Source of the DNA: an uncultured Desulfocapsaceae bacterium
GTDB lineage: Bacteria; Desulfobacterota; Desulfobulbia; Desulfobulbales; Desulfocapsaceae
NCBI GenBank assembly: GCA_964623625.1
Contig: CAZUUJ010000014.1
Span: 110-64,109 of the forward strand
DNA length: 64,000 bases
Reading direction: 5' to 3'
Position numbers and translations under genes: made by a program. Positions 1 to 9,131 of the stretch are shown in pieces (the stretch's first letter is position 1; each line of letters starts with the position of its first letter). The notes beneath the pieces are model-generated. The model was not told the origin of the DNA, searched no databases, and saw only the letters and a program-made list of their open reading frames with translations.

Positions 1-1
1 T

Positions 2-829
2 GAGATTGATGAGGCCATAGACGATAACACGTGTGCCGTCTTTCTGGAGAGCATAACAAACCCGCAACTCGAAGTTGCCGATTGCGCTTCTATCAGTGAC
101 ATCACAAGAAGCCGCAGTGTTCCCCTGGTGCTTGATAATACGGTAACAACGCCCTATCTATTTAACAGTAAACAGGCGGCTGTCGATATCGAGATACTCT
201 CAAGCACAAAATACATCTCAGGTGGGGCAACGTCTGTTGGTGGAGTGATCATAGACAATGGCACTTTTGACTGGCGGCAATCGGAAAAGCTGGAGGCAAG
301 AGCGAAGAAATATGGAAAGATGGCCTTGATCAGTGGTCTGAGACAAGAAGTCTACAGGAATGTCGGTGCCTGCCTTTCTCCCCACAATGCCTTCCTGCAA
401 AGCCTTGGCCTGGAAACGATGGGGCTGAGGATTGATAAAAGTTGTCAGAATGCGCTGCTCATTGCCGATTTTCTCCAACACCACCCGAAAGTAGTGGATG
501 TCCACTATCCCGGTCTTCAAAATTCGGCCTATTATTCGACAGCAACTTCTCAGTTTAACGATAAATATGGCGGCCTTCTCACCTTTGATCTGGACAGTAT
601 TGAACATTGCTTTTCATTGATCAATCGTTTGCAGGTGATCAGGAGGGCGACCAATATCAATGACAATAAAACACTTATTCTTCACCCTGCATCTACAATT
701 TTTGCGGAATACAGTGAAGAGGAACGGATAGTAATGGCAATACGGCCGACAATGCTGCGCTTATCCGTCGGCATTGAAGATTATGATGATCTGATAGACG
801 ATCTAGAAAGGGGGCTTGACTCAATATGA
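2..829 (+). CDS. metY: O-acetylhomoserine/O-acetylserine sulfhydrylase-family PLP enzyme, C-terminal part (5' end lies outside the window)
   Basis: The frame is open from base 2. The translation contains SSTKYISGGATSVGG, the PLP-lysine region of the Cys/Met-metabolism PLP family, plus the C-terminal domain. The stop overlaps the next start (ATGA at 826-829). Confidence 0.8.
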   Translation, partial: EIDEAIDDNTCAVFLESITNPQLEVADCASISDITRSRSVPLVLDNTVTTPYLFNSKQAAVDIEILSSTKYISGGATSVGGVIIDNGTFDWRQSEKLEARAKKYGKMALISGLRQEVYRNVGACLSPHNAFLQSLGLETMGLRIDKSCQNALLIADFLQHHPKVVDVHYPGLQNSAYYSTATSQFNDKYGGLLTFDLDSIEHCFSLINRLQVIRRATNINDNKTLILHPASTIFAEYSEEERIVMAIRPTMLRLSVGIEDYDDLIDDLERGLDSI

Positions 830-1629
830 TGGATTTTTCACAGGAACAACTCGAGCGTTTCAGCAGGCACATCCTGCTCCAGGATGTTGGGGTGGAAGGG
901 CAGTTAAAACTTCTACAGGCAAAGGTGCTCATTGTCGGTGCCGGTGGTCTGGGTTGTCCGACCGCACTGTACCTGGCTGCGGCAGGAGTTGGAACGATAG
1001 GTATCATTGACAGCGACACTGTCGAAATCTCAAACCTTCAGCGGCAGATTGCTCACTTTACCAAAGATATTGGTGTATCAAAAGTTGTTTCCGCAAAGGA
1101 AAAGATGCATGCCATCAATCCGGACCTTACAATCAACACCTACCAGGACAAATTGCTGGCAAACAATGTTCGCGAAATCATACGCGATTATGACTTCGTC
1201 GTCGATGGCACAGATAATTTCCCGACTAAATTCCTGATTAACGATGCCTGTGTAATGGAAAATATTCCCCTGTCCCATGGCGGTATTCTCCGCTTTGATG
1301 GCCAGACCATGACCATTATTCCAGGCAAAACGACATGCTACCGCTGCTCCTTTAAAGCACCTCCGCCTCCGGAGGCGGTGCCCACCTGTTCCCAGGCAGG
1401 GGTACTCGGGGCTATTGCAGGGATGCTGGGTACTATTCAGGCGGCAGAAGCGCTCAAATACATAACCGGCGTCGGAGACCTGTTGACCGACACCCTGCTC
1501 TCTTTTAATGCCAAAACCATGGATTTCAGAAAGGTTAAATTGCATAAACAGGCCGATTGCCGAATCTGTGGCGAAAACCCTTCAATAACTGAGCTTTCCG
1601 ACGCAGAACAGGCCGTTTGCGGAATATAA
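826..1629 (+). CDS. ThiF/MoeB/HesA-family E1-like adenylyltransferase (sulfur-carrier activating enzyme)
   Basis: Has the nucleotide-binding motif VGAGGLGCP and two CxxC pairs (CYRC, CRIC) typical of MoeB/ThiF. No rhodanese domain. Translationally coupled to the upstream PLP enzyme. Confidence 0.85.
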   Translation: MMDFSQEQLERFSRHILLQDVGVEGQLKLLQAKVLIVGAGGLGCPTALYLAAAGVGTIGIIDSDTVEISNLQRQIAHFTKDIGVSKVVSAKEKMHAINPDLTINTYQDKLLANNVREIIRDYDFVVDGTDNFPTKFLINDACVMENIPLSHGGILRFDGQTMTIIPGKTTCYRCSFKAPPPPEAVPTCSQAGVLGAIAGMLGTIQAAEALKYITGVGDLLTDTLLSFNAKTMDFRKVKLHKQADCRICGENPSITELSDAEQAVCGI

Positions 1630-1804
1630 GACGAAAGAACAGCACAGAGAAATATCAGCTGAAATGTGTAGATGCGGAAGATGGATCTCACACCTGAAAA
1701 AGTAATGTCACATCAAAACAAATACAGTTTTTAATAAACGACCCCATTGCAAGTTGCAGGGTAGTAAACCCGAGCTACATAATTATAAAATTGAGGAGTA
1801 GACC

Positions 1805-2038
1805 ATGATTAAAGAAGATTCTTCAAAAGATTGTCGAGGTATAGGCTGCCCAATGAATATGGTTCATGCCAAGGTAGGACTCTCCCATCTCAAATCGGGC
1901 CAGATTTTCAAACTGATCATTGATGATGGCCCCCCGATAAACAATGTACCGCGATCTGTGGAAAAAGAAGGCCATACCATTTTAGAAAAGACGCAGTTGG
2001 ACGATGGTAACTGGCAGCTTATGATCCAAAAGATGTGA
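1805..2038 (+). CDS. TusA/SirA-like sulfurtransferase
   Basis: 77 aa with the CRGIGCPMN motif (the CPxP-type active-site Cys of the TusA family). A GGAG Shine-Dalgarno sits upstream of the ATG. Confidence 0.75.
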   Translation: MIKEDSSKDCRGIGCPMNMVHAKVGLSHLKSGQIFKLIIDDGPPINNVPRSVEKEGHTILEKTQLDDGNWQLMIQKM

Positions 2039-2092
2039 TCTGTATTCCTTTCAACTCATTCCCGGCTTTATACCACATTGTGTCATAAATTC

Positions 2093-2121
2093 TTGACAAC
2101 AGGTTGCTCCTCAGGCATACT
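2093..2121 (+). promoter_or_regulatory. Candidate sigma-70 promoter for ycaO-like/JAMM genes
   Basis: TTGACA (2093-2098), a 17-nt spacer, then CATACT (2116-2121), about 75 nt upstream of the YcaO start. Confidence 0.35.
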
Positions 2122-2197
2122 TTCTCGCGAATAAAAACAACAGACAACAATGAACAGAGGCAAATCATCTGTGTGAGAAAAATACCCTGGAAGCATC

Positions 2198-4012
2198 ATG
2201 AGTAAAACAACCCTAAGGCCGCCCAAGCCGGAACCGGTCAACTATGAAGATTGTTTTAAGAACTACACCTACGATCAGGATAAGGTCTGTACTCCTGAGG
2301 AGACCATAGCTAACTTTAAAAAGAGATTAGATGAGATTGATCTTGAGATCTTGACGGATGTACAGCGTGTTGACAACGGCCGCCTTGCTATCCCTGTCTA
2401 TTTCAGTGTCTGCGGCAAGGAAGCTTATGAGGTGATCCGCAACAAGAAACAGATGGGCAAGGGCTGTACTGTGGCCCAGTCTCAGGCCAGCGCCTGTATG
2501 GAACTTGCCGAACGGTTCTCATTTTTCAGCTTCAAACAGAATCCAAACAATTTTATATTGGCAACCTATGCTGAATTGAAAGAAGAAGGGATGCCGCTTT
2601 TGGAGTTGAAATATCTACTACAGTCGGTGCATGACGAACACACCTCAGAGGAAACTTTGGCCAAATTGATTGGAGATATTCCGATCAGGTGGGCCTGGGG
2701 AACGAACCTCAAGCGGAGGGAAGTCGTTCTTATTCCCTATTCGTGGTTTTATGCCATCAATGAGTTTAACGGTCCTTCTGCCGGCAATTCGTATGAAGAG
2801 GCAATTCTTCAAGGGCTGAGCGAGATTGTCGAACGGCATGTCTGTGCCGTCATCACCCGTGAACGGATTAAGGCTCCACGGATTGATCCCGATTCCATTA
2901 CCGACCCTGTAGCCGTTGATCTGCTTAAAAAATTTACCCGCCATGGGATTCAGGTTTATCTGAATGATTTCACCTTGGATACCGGCATTCCTACGGTTGG
3001 GGCCATGGCGATGGATCCATCAACCTTCCCGGAAGCGAGTGAAATTGTTTATACCGCCGGGACCACCCCGGAACCGAACAAAGCCCTTATTCGAGCATTG
3101 ACTGAAGTTGCGCAATTGGCAGGCGATTTCAATACAAAGGCGAACTATGAAGCCAGCGGACTGCCTAAACCCATGTCACTAGATGAGATGAATTATATTG
3201 TCAATCCAGGTCGTATGGTCAGGTTGGCAGACCTTCCCGACCACGGTGACAACAACATGAAGGTGGAGATCGATAACTGCCTGGCAGCTTTAACCAAGTT
3301 GAACATGGAGGTGTTTCTCATTGACATACAACATCCGGATTTGCGGATTCCGGCGATCTACACCATTGTTCCCGGTGCTCATTTCCGTGAGCGTTCTACG
3401 AACCGGAATGCCGGGTTGTTTGCCGCTAAACTGGCCCACGAACTCATCAGCAACCCCGATACCCAGATCAGGCAACTTGAGAAAATGAGTGAAATTCTCC
3501 CCCCCTCTTATTTCATCGAATTTTACTTTGGCAAAAAAAAGGCACAAATCGGCCTTTTTGATGAGGCGATAATGCACTTCAGCCGTTCTTTGGAACTCGA
3601 TCCGGACGAAGAGGATATGCCGGTTATTTGCTCATTCATGGGTGAATGTCTGAAAGACATGGGAGAATTCAGAAAGGCATTGAAAGTTCTTCACTTGGGC
3701 GTTGAACACAATGATGAGCGGGAGGACCTTCATAACCTGCTTGGCTTTTGCTATTACAAACTTGAAGAATATGAAAGTGCCGTCACCCATTTTCAAAGAT
3801 CAATCGAAGTTGACCCGTCCAAAGCGATTGATTATGCGAATCTTGGTGTCAACCTGCGTAAGCTCAACCGTATCGACGAGGCTGTCCATTATTTTAAAAT
3901 TGCCTTAGCAATGGAACCGTATCTGGAACTGGCCAGAAATCATCTGGATGAACTGCATGCGTTATATGGCCAGGTTGGTGACACGCCATCCAGTGACGTT
4001 GCGTCATGCTGA
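2198..4012 (+). CDS. YcaO-domain protein with C-terminal TPR repeats
   Basis: 604 aa. The N-terminal two thirds show YcaO hallmarks (KQMGKGCTVAQSQASACMELAERFS, and later EALTEVAQL-type motifs). The C-terminal roughly 150 aa form TPR-like repeats. Confidence 0.8.
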   Translation: MSKTTLRPPKPEPVNYEDCFKNYTYDQDKVCTPEETIANFKKRLDEIDLEILTDVQRVDNGRLAIPVYFSVCGKEAYEVIRNKKQMGKGCTVAQSQASACMELAERFSFFSFKQNPNNFILATYAELKEEGMPLLELKYLLQSVHDEHTSEETLAKLIGDIPIRWAWGTNLKRREVVLIPYSWFYAINEFNGPSAGNSYEEAILQGLSEIVERHVCAVITRERIKAPRIDPDSITDPVAVDLLKKFTRHGIQVYLNDFTLDTGIPTVGAMAMDPSTFPEASEIVYTAGTTPEPNKALIRALTEVAQLAGDFNTKANYEASGLPKPMSLDEMNYIVNPGRMVRLADLPDHGDNNMKVEIDNCLAALTKLNMEVFLIDIQHPDLRIPAIYTIVPGAHFRERSTNRNAGLFAAKLAHELISNPDTQIRQLEKMSEILPPSYFIEFYFGKKKAQIGLFDEAIMHFSRSLELDPDEEDMPVICSFMGECLKDMGEFRKALKVLHLGVEHNDEREDLHNLLGFCYYKLEEYESAVTHFQRSIEVDPSKAIDYANLGVNLRKLNRIDEAVHYFKIALAMEPYLELARNHLDELHALYGQVGDTPSSDVASC

Positions 4013-4042
4013 GCATGATTGATTTAAAATGAGGAATTTTCA

Positions 4043-4462
4043 ATGACAATGCAGATAGAGGAAAAGATCCTGCAAGCCATGCTGGCCCACGGTCGACGAG
4101 AAGAACCTAATGAGGCCTGTGGATATCTGGCCTCAAAAGATGGCGTGGTAAGGCATCATTTTGAATTACATAATATGGATGCCGCTCCAGATCACTATAC
4201 TATGGATCCAAAGGAGCAATTTGCCACTATTCGGCAGATACGAGAGAAGGGATTACAGGTGGCAGCAGTCTATCACACCCATCCTGAAACTCCGGCCCGG
4301 CCTTCTGTGGAAGATATTCGACTGGCGCATGACCCCAATATGACCTACGTCATCGCCAGCCTGATGGCAGGGGTGGAGCCGGTCAAAGCCTACAAAATTA
4401 AAAAAGGGAATGTCGAGGAAGTCCCGTTGAAAGTGATGGCACCCCAAAAACAGTCAACTTAA
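4043..4462 (+). CDS. JAMM/MPN+ (Mov34) metalloprotease
   Basis: Has the JAMM motif HTHPETPARPSVEDI (HxHx7Sx2D) and an upstream EPNEACG glutamate motif. GAGGA Shine-Dalgarno. Confidence 0.85.
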   Translation: MTMQIEEKILQAMLAHGRREEPNEACGYLASKDGVVRHHFELHNMDAAPDHYTMDPKEQFATIRQIREKGLQVAAVYHTHPETPARPSVEDIRLAHDPNMTYVIASLMAGVEPVKAYKIKKGNVEEVPLKVMAPQKQST

Positions 4463-5252
4463 ACACACATGAATCCTTGAACATCGGAGCTCAACACATC
4501 TCTGAACCCCATAGAAAAACCTACTTGTCAGATAGACCAAAACAGAGTTCAAATGACACACTTCACGCACGTACAGATACCATGACTCGTGAATACCCCT
4601 GGATCAGCCGTCATATCTCGACATATTTTAGCCTGCTCCGTAGACGATATGATAACTGCCATTCCCTTCATCACTTTTGCAATTTTCAACCGAAATTTCT
4701 TTATGTGACTATCTATGGTTCTATCGCTGATAATACGCTAATCCGGATAAATAGTATCAATGAGCTGGCCGGGTGAATAAATCCTGCCCGGCTGTTTATA
4801 GAAAGTGACAAAGAGTTAAAATTTAACAACTGTCAGTTCCAGGTCCGTTCCCGTTAAAAGAATTGTTTATCCGGACTCGTCCACGGTAACCAGGCCAGAA
4901 GATACCTGCCGTCCAGCCAGGACTGTCTAAACTCTTTCTGTCAGCACAGAAATTCTGGAAGTCATAGCCTTTACTAAAATACGACTTCACCGAAAGGAAC
5001 AACTGAGCTGGAATTTACCGGTTCGGAAGAAATGGCGGGAGGTTTTTAAACTAAAATTTTTGTGAAAATCCCGAATTGTTAGCTTGGGTCAGCAAGGAAG
5101 TCAGTGATTTTATAAGCAAGATTAACGGTTAATGCTGTGTACGTGACACCTTGTCCAGCATTAACCTGAGCTTGAAATCCGGGGTGAAGCAGGCGGCATC
5201 CAACGTTGAATTCAGGCAAAAGCAATATACAAGCATTTGATATCGATCTGAC

Positions 5253-5675
5253 CTATTTGTCCAGATCATCCATATCGGCCTGCCCGGATATGCGGCGCCG
5301 GATATGGGACCAGGAGATGCCGATGGCCAGAACACCTGAAAATGCTATAAGCACCAGCCAGGTAATGATATCTTTATTATCGGTTGGCACCAATCCATAA
5401 TCGACGACCAGCCAGAGCAGCGTACCGAAAAAGGCACAGGCCAGTGCCAGGCCGATCGGGCCAAGGGAGCGCAGGGTCGCCCGCAGGTAAATAACCCAGA
5501 GAATAACAAGAACAACACCGCTGAACAGCAGCAGTACATCGGGGGTACCGCCTTTCTCCAGACTTTGTTTCAGCCAGCGGAAATAGGAATAGTCGCTGGG
5601 GTTGTATGTGGAAAAGACTAGGGTAAAGGCAACAAACAGCCGGACCAGGCCGTTTTTCCAAGTAAAGTTAGCCAC
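5253..5675 (-). CDS. Small polytopic membrane protein, unknown function
   Basis: About 4 hydrophobic segments. GTG start at 5675 with an AGGAG Shine-Dalgarno 7 nt upstream; the longer ORF-track start at 5708 has no Shine-Dalgarno. Confidence 0.55.
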   Translation of the reverse strand: MANFTWKNGLVRLFVAFTLVFSTYNPSDYSYFRWLKQSLEKGGTPDVLLLFSGVVLVILWVIYLRATLRSLGPIGLALACAFFGTLLWLVVDYGLVPTDNKDIITWLVLIAFSGVLAIGISWSHIRRRISGQADMDDLDK

Positions 5676-5689
5676 AGTTTTTCTCCTGA

Positions 5690-5776
5690 GTAAACAACCA
5701 CGCGTCAAACGCGTGGCTTTGATTCCCGGCGTAGCCGGGGAGCAAATGTGCGAAGCACTTATGTTTTAATGAGCAG
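5690..5776 (-). repeat. About 85-nt structured repeat, copy 1 (partner at 52133-52214)
   Basis: The reverse complement aligns by eye with 52133-52214 across its whole length. Contains the hairpins GTGCttcGCAC, CCCGGCtacGCCGGG and CCACGCGTttgACGCGTGG. Confidence 0.6.
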
Positions 5777-6098
5777 CGTTATCCGCCGGCGGTTTTCTAC
5801 AGCTAGCGGGAAAACCGCTATGCAATAATAATTCTTGTTAGCGCATCGGGCATGACTCGATTCAACCTCCATTCAAACCGCTTAACTATTTCGTCCGAAT
5901 ACTCTGCAATAGAGAACCCCAATGTTTTGAGTGTGTCATTTTAACCTTTCAACCATGTCCCATCAACTCTTTCCTGGTACCAAACCATATCATCCATTCC
6001 GCTCCCGGGGAGCCTGATTGTTGTTGAGTAGTTTTTCTGGTATACATCTGTTTTATAAGAAGACAATACACAACTAACCATCTATTTTGGATAACAAT

Positions 6099-6614
6099 AT
6101 GAAAGGATATGTACAGGTCTATACCGGTGACGGCAAAGGAAAGACAACAGCTGCCCTGGGAGTGGCGTTACGTGCTGCTGGAGCCGGTTACCAGGTATTC
6201 ATCGGCCAATTCATCAAGGCCGGGGAGTTCTCTGAGATCAAAGCGCTGCGCCGCTTCGACGATCTGATCTCAATCCATCAATTTGGGAAAGGACGATTCA
6301 TCAAAACCACTCCCACCAAAGAGGATATCCAATCAGCTCGTATAGGACTGGCAAAACTCAAAGAGGCTGCCGGCTCAGGTGATTATCAGCTGGTTATTGT
6401 CGATGAGGGCAATGTGGCCGTTTCATGCCAACTCTTTCCACTCTCCGAGCTTGTTGAACTGATTGATGGACGCCACCCCGACACCGAATTGATCATCACC
6501 GGCCGCGGAGCAAAACCCGAGGTAATAGACAAAGCCGACCTGGTGACTGAAATGCGACCGATCAAGCACTATTATGATCAGGGTGTTGCGGCCCGTGTAG
6601 GCATTGAGAAATAG
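6099..6614 (+). CDS. cobO: Cob(I)yrinic acid a,c-diamide adenosyltransferase
   Basis: MKGYVQVYTGDGKGKTTAALG matches the P-loop N-terminus typical of CobO/BtuR. The ATG at 6099 is preferred over the TTG at 6087. Confidence 0.85.
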   Translation: MKGYVQVYTGDGKGKTTAALGVALRAAGAGYQVFIGQFIKAGEFSEIKALRRFDDLISIHQFGKGRFIKTTPTKEDIQSARIGLAKLKEAAGSGDYQLVIVDEGNVAVSCQLFPLSELVELIDGRHPDTELIITGRGAKPEVIDKADLVTEMRPIKHYYDQGVAARVGIEK

Positions 6615-6783
6615 AACCAGCCCTCATTTGCAGTCCGCATCCGTTCATATTCAAGCCCTTTATCTGTCATAGATCGCTGGGAAGCTAAAGAGAGACATTC
6701 GTACAGAAAGGCTTGAAAGCTGTCGTTAACAGATTGCCAGGCATTTATGTTGTTGATTTAACTGTTTAATTTTCCACCATCTT

Positions 6784-8691
6784 TTGCCGGATCAAATCGA
6801 AACTTGGGCGAAGAGCGTGAATAGAGCACGCATGCAGATGCTAGCTGGAACAAATAATCGTCAGACAGGACTATTGATTCGGAGCCTCTATTTGTTCGGG
6901 CTCTTTCTATCAGGATCAATAATCGGATTCCTTGTGTGGGACCATGTTACACTTGCCTATACCAATCCCTATAATATTATCGGTCCGCTATCCTTGTCAC
7001 AGACCAACCCGAACAATGATATCGTTCGATTTATAATATATGTTTCAATCCCGTCTCTGCTCCTCTTCATAACCTATGTGCTGTTTGCACGAAAGCTTAT
7101 ACTCTGGAAAACCAACATAAAAGAGAGAAAAGGTGAAAAAGAGACTATTCCCTGCCTTTCTCCGCTCGTTATAGCTTTGTGCATCCTTATCTCGCTGACG
7201 ACCCCGACTCATCATGCCAGCGGTCCGTTTGACTCCTATCACGAAGGTGAAAGCATCGGTCTTGCCACCTCATATATGGCCGGCAAAGTTCCTTATAAAG
7301 ATTACGTCTTCTCCCATGGAGTATTTCTCGATCCACTTCGATCCGTTATAGCCTACAAATTATTTGGAAAATCGATAGGTGCCAGCAGGGCAATGATGTC
7401 TATTGTGAAAATTGTTTGCTATATTCTCTTTGGAATTCTCCTGCTAACCATCTACGGTGGAAACGCAACCTGGTCACTCATAACGCTTTTACTTCTTTTC
7501 GGTCTCCTTCCTAAGCAGTCGTTTATCCTGCTGCCAAGAGAATTCATTACGTTCTCCTTCCTGATACTCCTGAGTTACCTGGGAAACCTGAAAAAAAATA
7601 GTTATTCGTTGTTAAAGATATCCGTCATCAGCTTTCTGCTTGCATTTATTCCGATATTCTCATTTGCCATATCGGTTGACCGCGCCTTTTATATAACAGC
7701 ATTGTATTGTCTCCTGTTGCCGGTACTTCCACTTATCTATTTTCGCAAGCAACAGTGTAGAACAAGGTACATACTCTTTTCCATCCTGGGACTGGCTGCA
7801 GGTATTCTCTCTTTATGGCTTCTGTTAAAAGGCGGGTTTGCAGAATTCTTGGCATTTGTCTTCATTTATATTCCCCAAACAAAAGAGCTGTCGGACGGTC
7901 TCATCTTCACGGTGTCCGAGTATCGACCTTTAGCAATCATTACCGTTATAAGTGCCATGGGATTCTGGCTGTTGAGCAGACTGCTTATGACATTCTCCGA
8001 TAAAAAAAGATATACATTGCTGTTTGCTGTTTTTATAAAAAAATATTTCTCACCGATTTTTATTTTCCTCATTGCTGTGTTTTGTTTCAGGAGTGCACTC
8101 GGCCGTTCGGATGTTGAACATATCCAGTACAGCTCTTTGCTACCCATCTTCGGATTATTATTCATTCTGATCCATTACTATTTTAGAAACCGGATCAACC
8201 GACGGTTATTTGAACGGATATCAACAACTATAGTAATAACTTGCTGTCTTTACTCCCTATTCCTGGTCACCAAAATCATTAACAACGATAGTCTTACCGA
8301 AAATTTCCCAATCGCTGCCAGGGACAGCCGTTTTATCCCGGTTGAATATAAGGAAACCATATCGTATCTCAAACAAAACCTTGGTGAGCACGAAATGTTT
8401 ATAACCCTTACCAGTGAAGCGTCATGGTACTATTTCCTAAACCAACCGTGTCCGACACGATTTCCGATTACCCATTTTGCCTCTTCGCAGTTTTTCCAAA
8501 ATGAGGTTATTGAGACGCTTCGGCAAAAAAATATTCGTTTCATTCTCTACAAAAACAGCTATTGGGCCAATGCCATCGACAACATTTCCAACGAACAACG
8601 ATTACCCTTATTATACAGCTATATCCATAGTGCTTATAGCCCACACATAACTATTGATGAAAATGAGATCTGGCAAAAAAATATGAGGTAG
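6784..8691 (+). CDS. Large polytopic membrane protein with a C-terminal soluble domain, unknown function
   Basis: 635-aa uninterrupted ORF with more than 10 hydrophobic segments. It is visibly more AT-rich than its neighbours. The start is uncertain (TTG 6784 or ATG 6832). Confidence 0.6.
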   Translation: MPDQIETWAKSVNRARMQMLAGTNNRQTGLLIRSLYLFGLFLSGSIIGFLVWDHVTLAYTNPYNIIGPLSLSQTNPNNDIVRFIIYVSIPSLLLFITYVLFARKLILWKTNIKERKGEKETIPCLSPLVIALCILISLTTPTHHASGPFDSYHEGESIGLATSYMAGKVPYKDYVFSHGVFLDPLRSVIAYKLFGKSIGASRAMMSIVKIVCYILFGILLLTIYGGNATWSLITLLLLFGLLPKQSFILLPREFITFSFLILLSYLGNLKKNSYSLLKISVISFLLAFIPIFSFAISVDRAFYITALYCLLLPVLPLIYFRKQQCRTRYILFSILGLAAGILSLWLLLKGGFAEFLAFVFIYIPQTKELSDGLIFTVSEYRPLAIITVISAMGFWLLSRLLMTFSDKKRYTLLFAVFIKKYFSPIFIFLIAVFCFRSALGRSDVEHIQYSSLLPIFGLLFILIHYYFRNRINRRLFERISTTIVITCCLYSLFLVTKIINNDSLTENFPIAARDSRFIPVEYKETISYLKQNLGEHEMFITLTSEASWYYFLNQPCPTRFPITHFASSQFFQNEVIETLRQKNIRFILYKNSYWANAIDNISNEQRLPLLYSYIHSAYSPHITIDENEIWQKNMR

Positions 8692-8890
8692 TTAGGGCGT
8701 AAACAGACCGCTGTTAGAAAAGTGCCACAGAGAGCTGCTGATACTTATTGGAATTGCGAACCTTTCAGTTTCGAGGCTTTTTTTGCCGGCAACTACAAAT
8801 ATTCTCTTTCGCAATCGATCTGATACAGTACTTTGAAAAACCAGTGGATTCAGCCATATTTGTAAGGTTACCAATGATTTTCAGTCGGGA

Positions 8891-9056
8891 TTGAAAAAGA
8901 GGTGTTGTCGGTTTGACAAACGTATTTCAAGGATCATGTATGTCAACCAGGTTTTTGCTGTAAACCTTGAAATACCGATATAATATTGAGCTGTATTACC
9001 CAATAAAGAATGATCCTCGACCGGGGGCTAGATTGGCAAATCAACAACACCTCGTG
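8891..9056 (+). mobile_element. MITE-like element, family 2, copy 1
   Basis: About 166 bp with terminal inverted repeats (GAGGTGTTGTCGGTTTGAC ... GGCAAATCAACAACACCTC). Aligns along its full length with 46360-46525. Confidence 0.7.
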
Positions 9057-9131
9057 GTATGTTGAATAGTATGGGTCATCAGGTAATTATATGTTTGCGG
9101 TTTACCTCATACACACATTTTAAAGGAGATC

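Noticed and set aside
4477-4776. 99-aa ORF downstream of the JAMM gene as the missing ThiS/MoaD-like sulfur carrier
   Set aside because: It does not end in Gly-Gly (it ends ..ELAG), has no Shine-Dalgarno and has atypical composition. It looks like a chance ORF in a 790-bp non-coding stretch.
5690-5776. Guanidine-II (mini-ykkC)-like tandem hairpins in the leader of the small membrane protein gene
   Set aside because: The two GC-rich hairpins have UAC and UUG-type loops, not the conserved ACGR tetraloops.
5777-6086. Possible cobalamin riboswitch upstream of cobO
   Set aside because: I found no B12-box-like core (GCCACTG-type) and no characteristic multi-stem junction. The hairpins present belong to the 85-nt repeat on the opposite strand.
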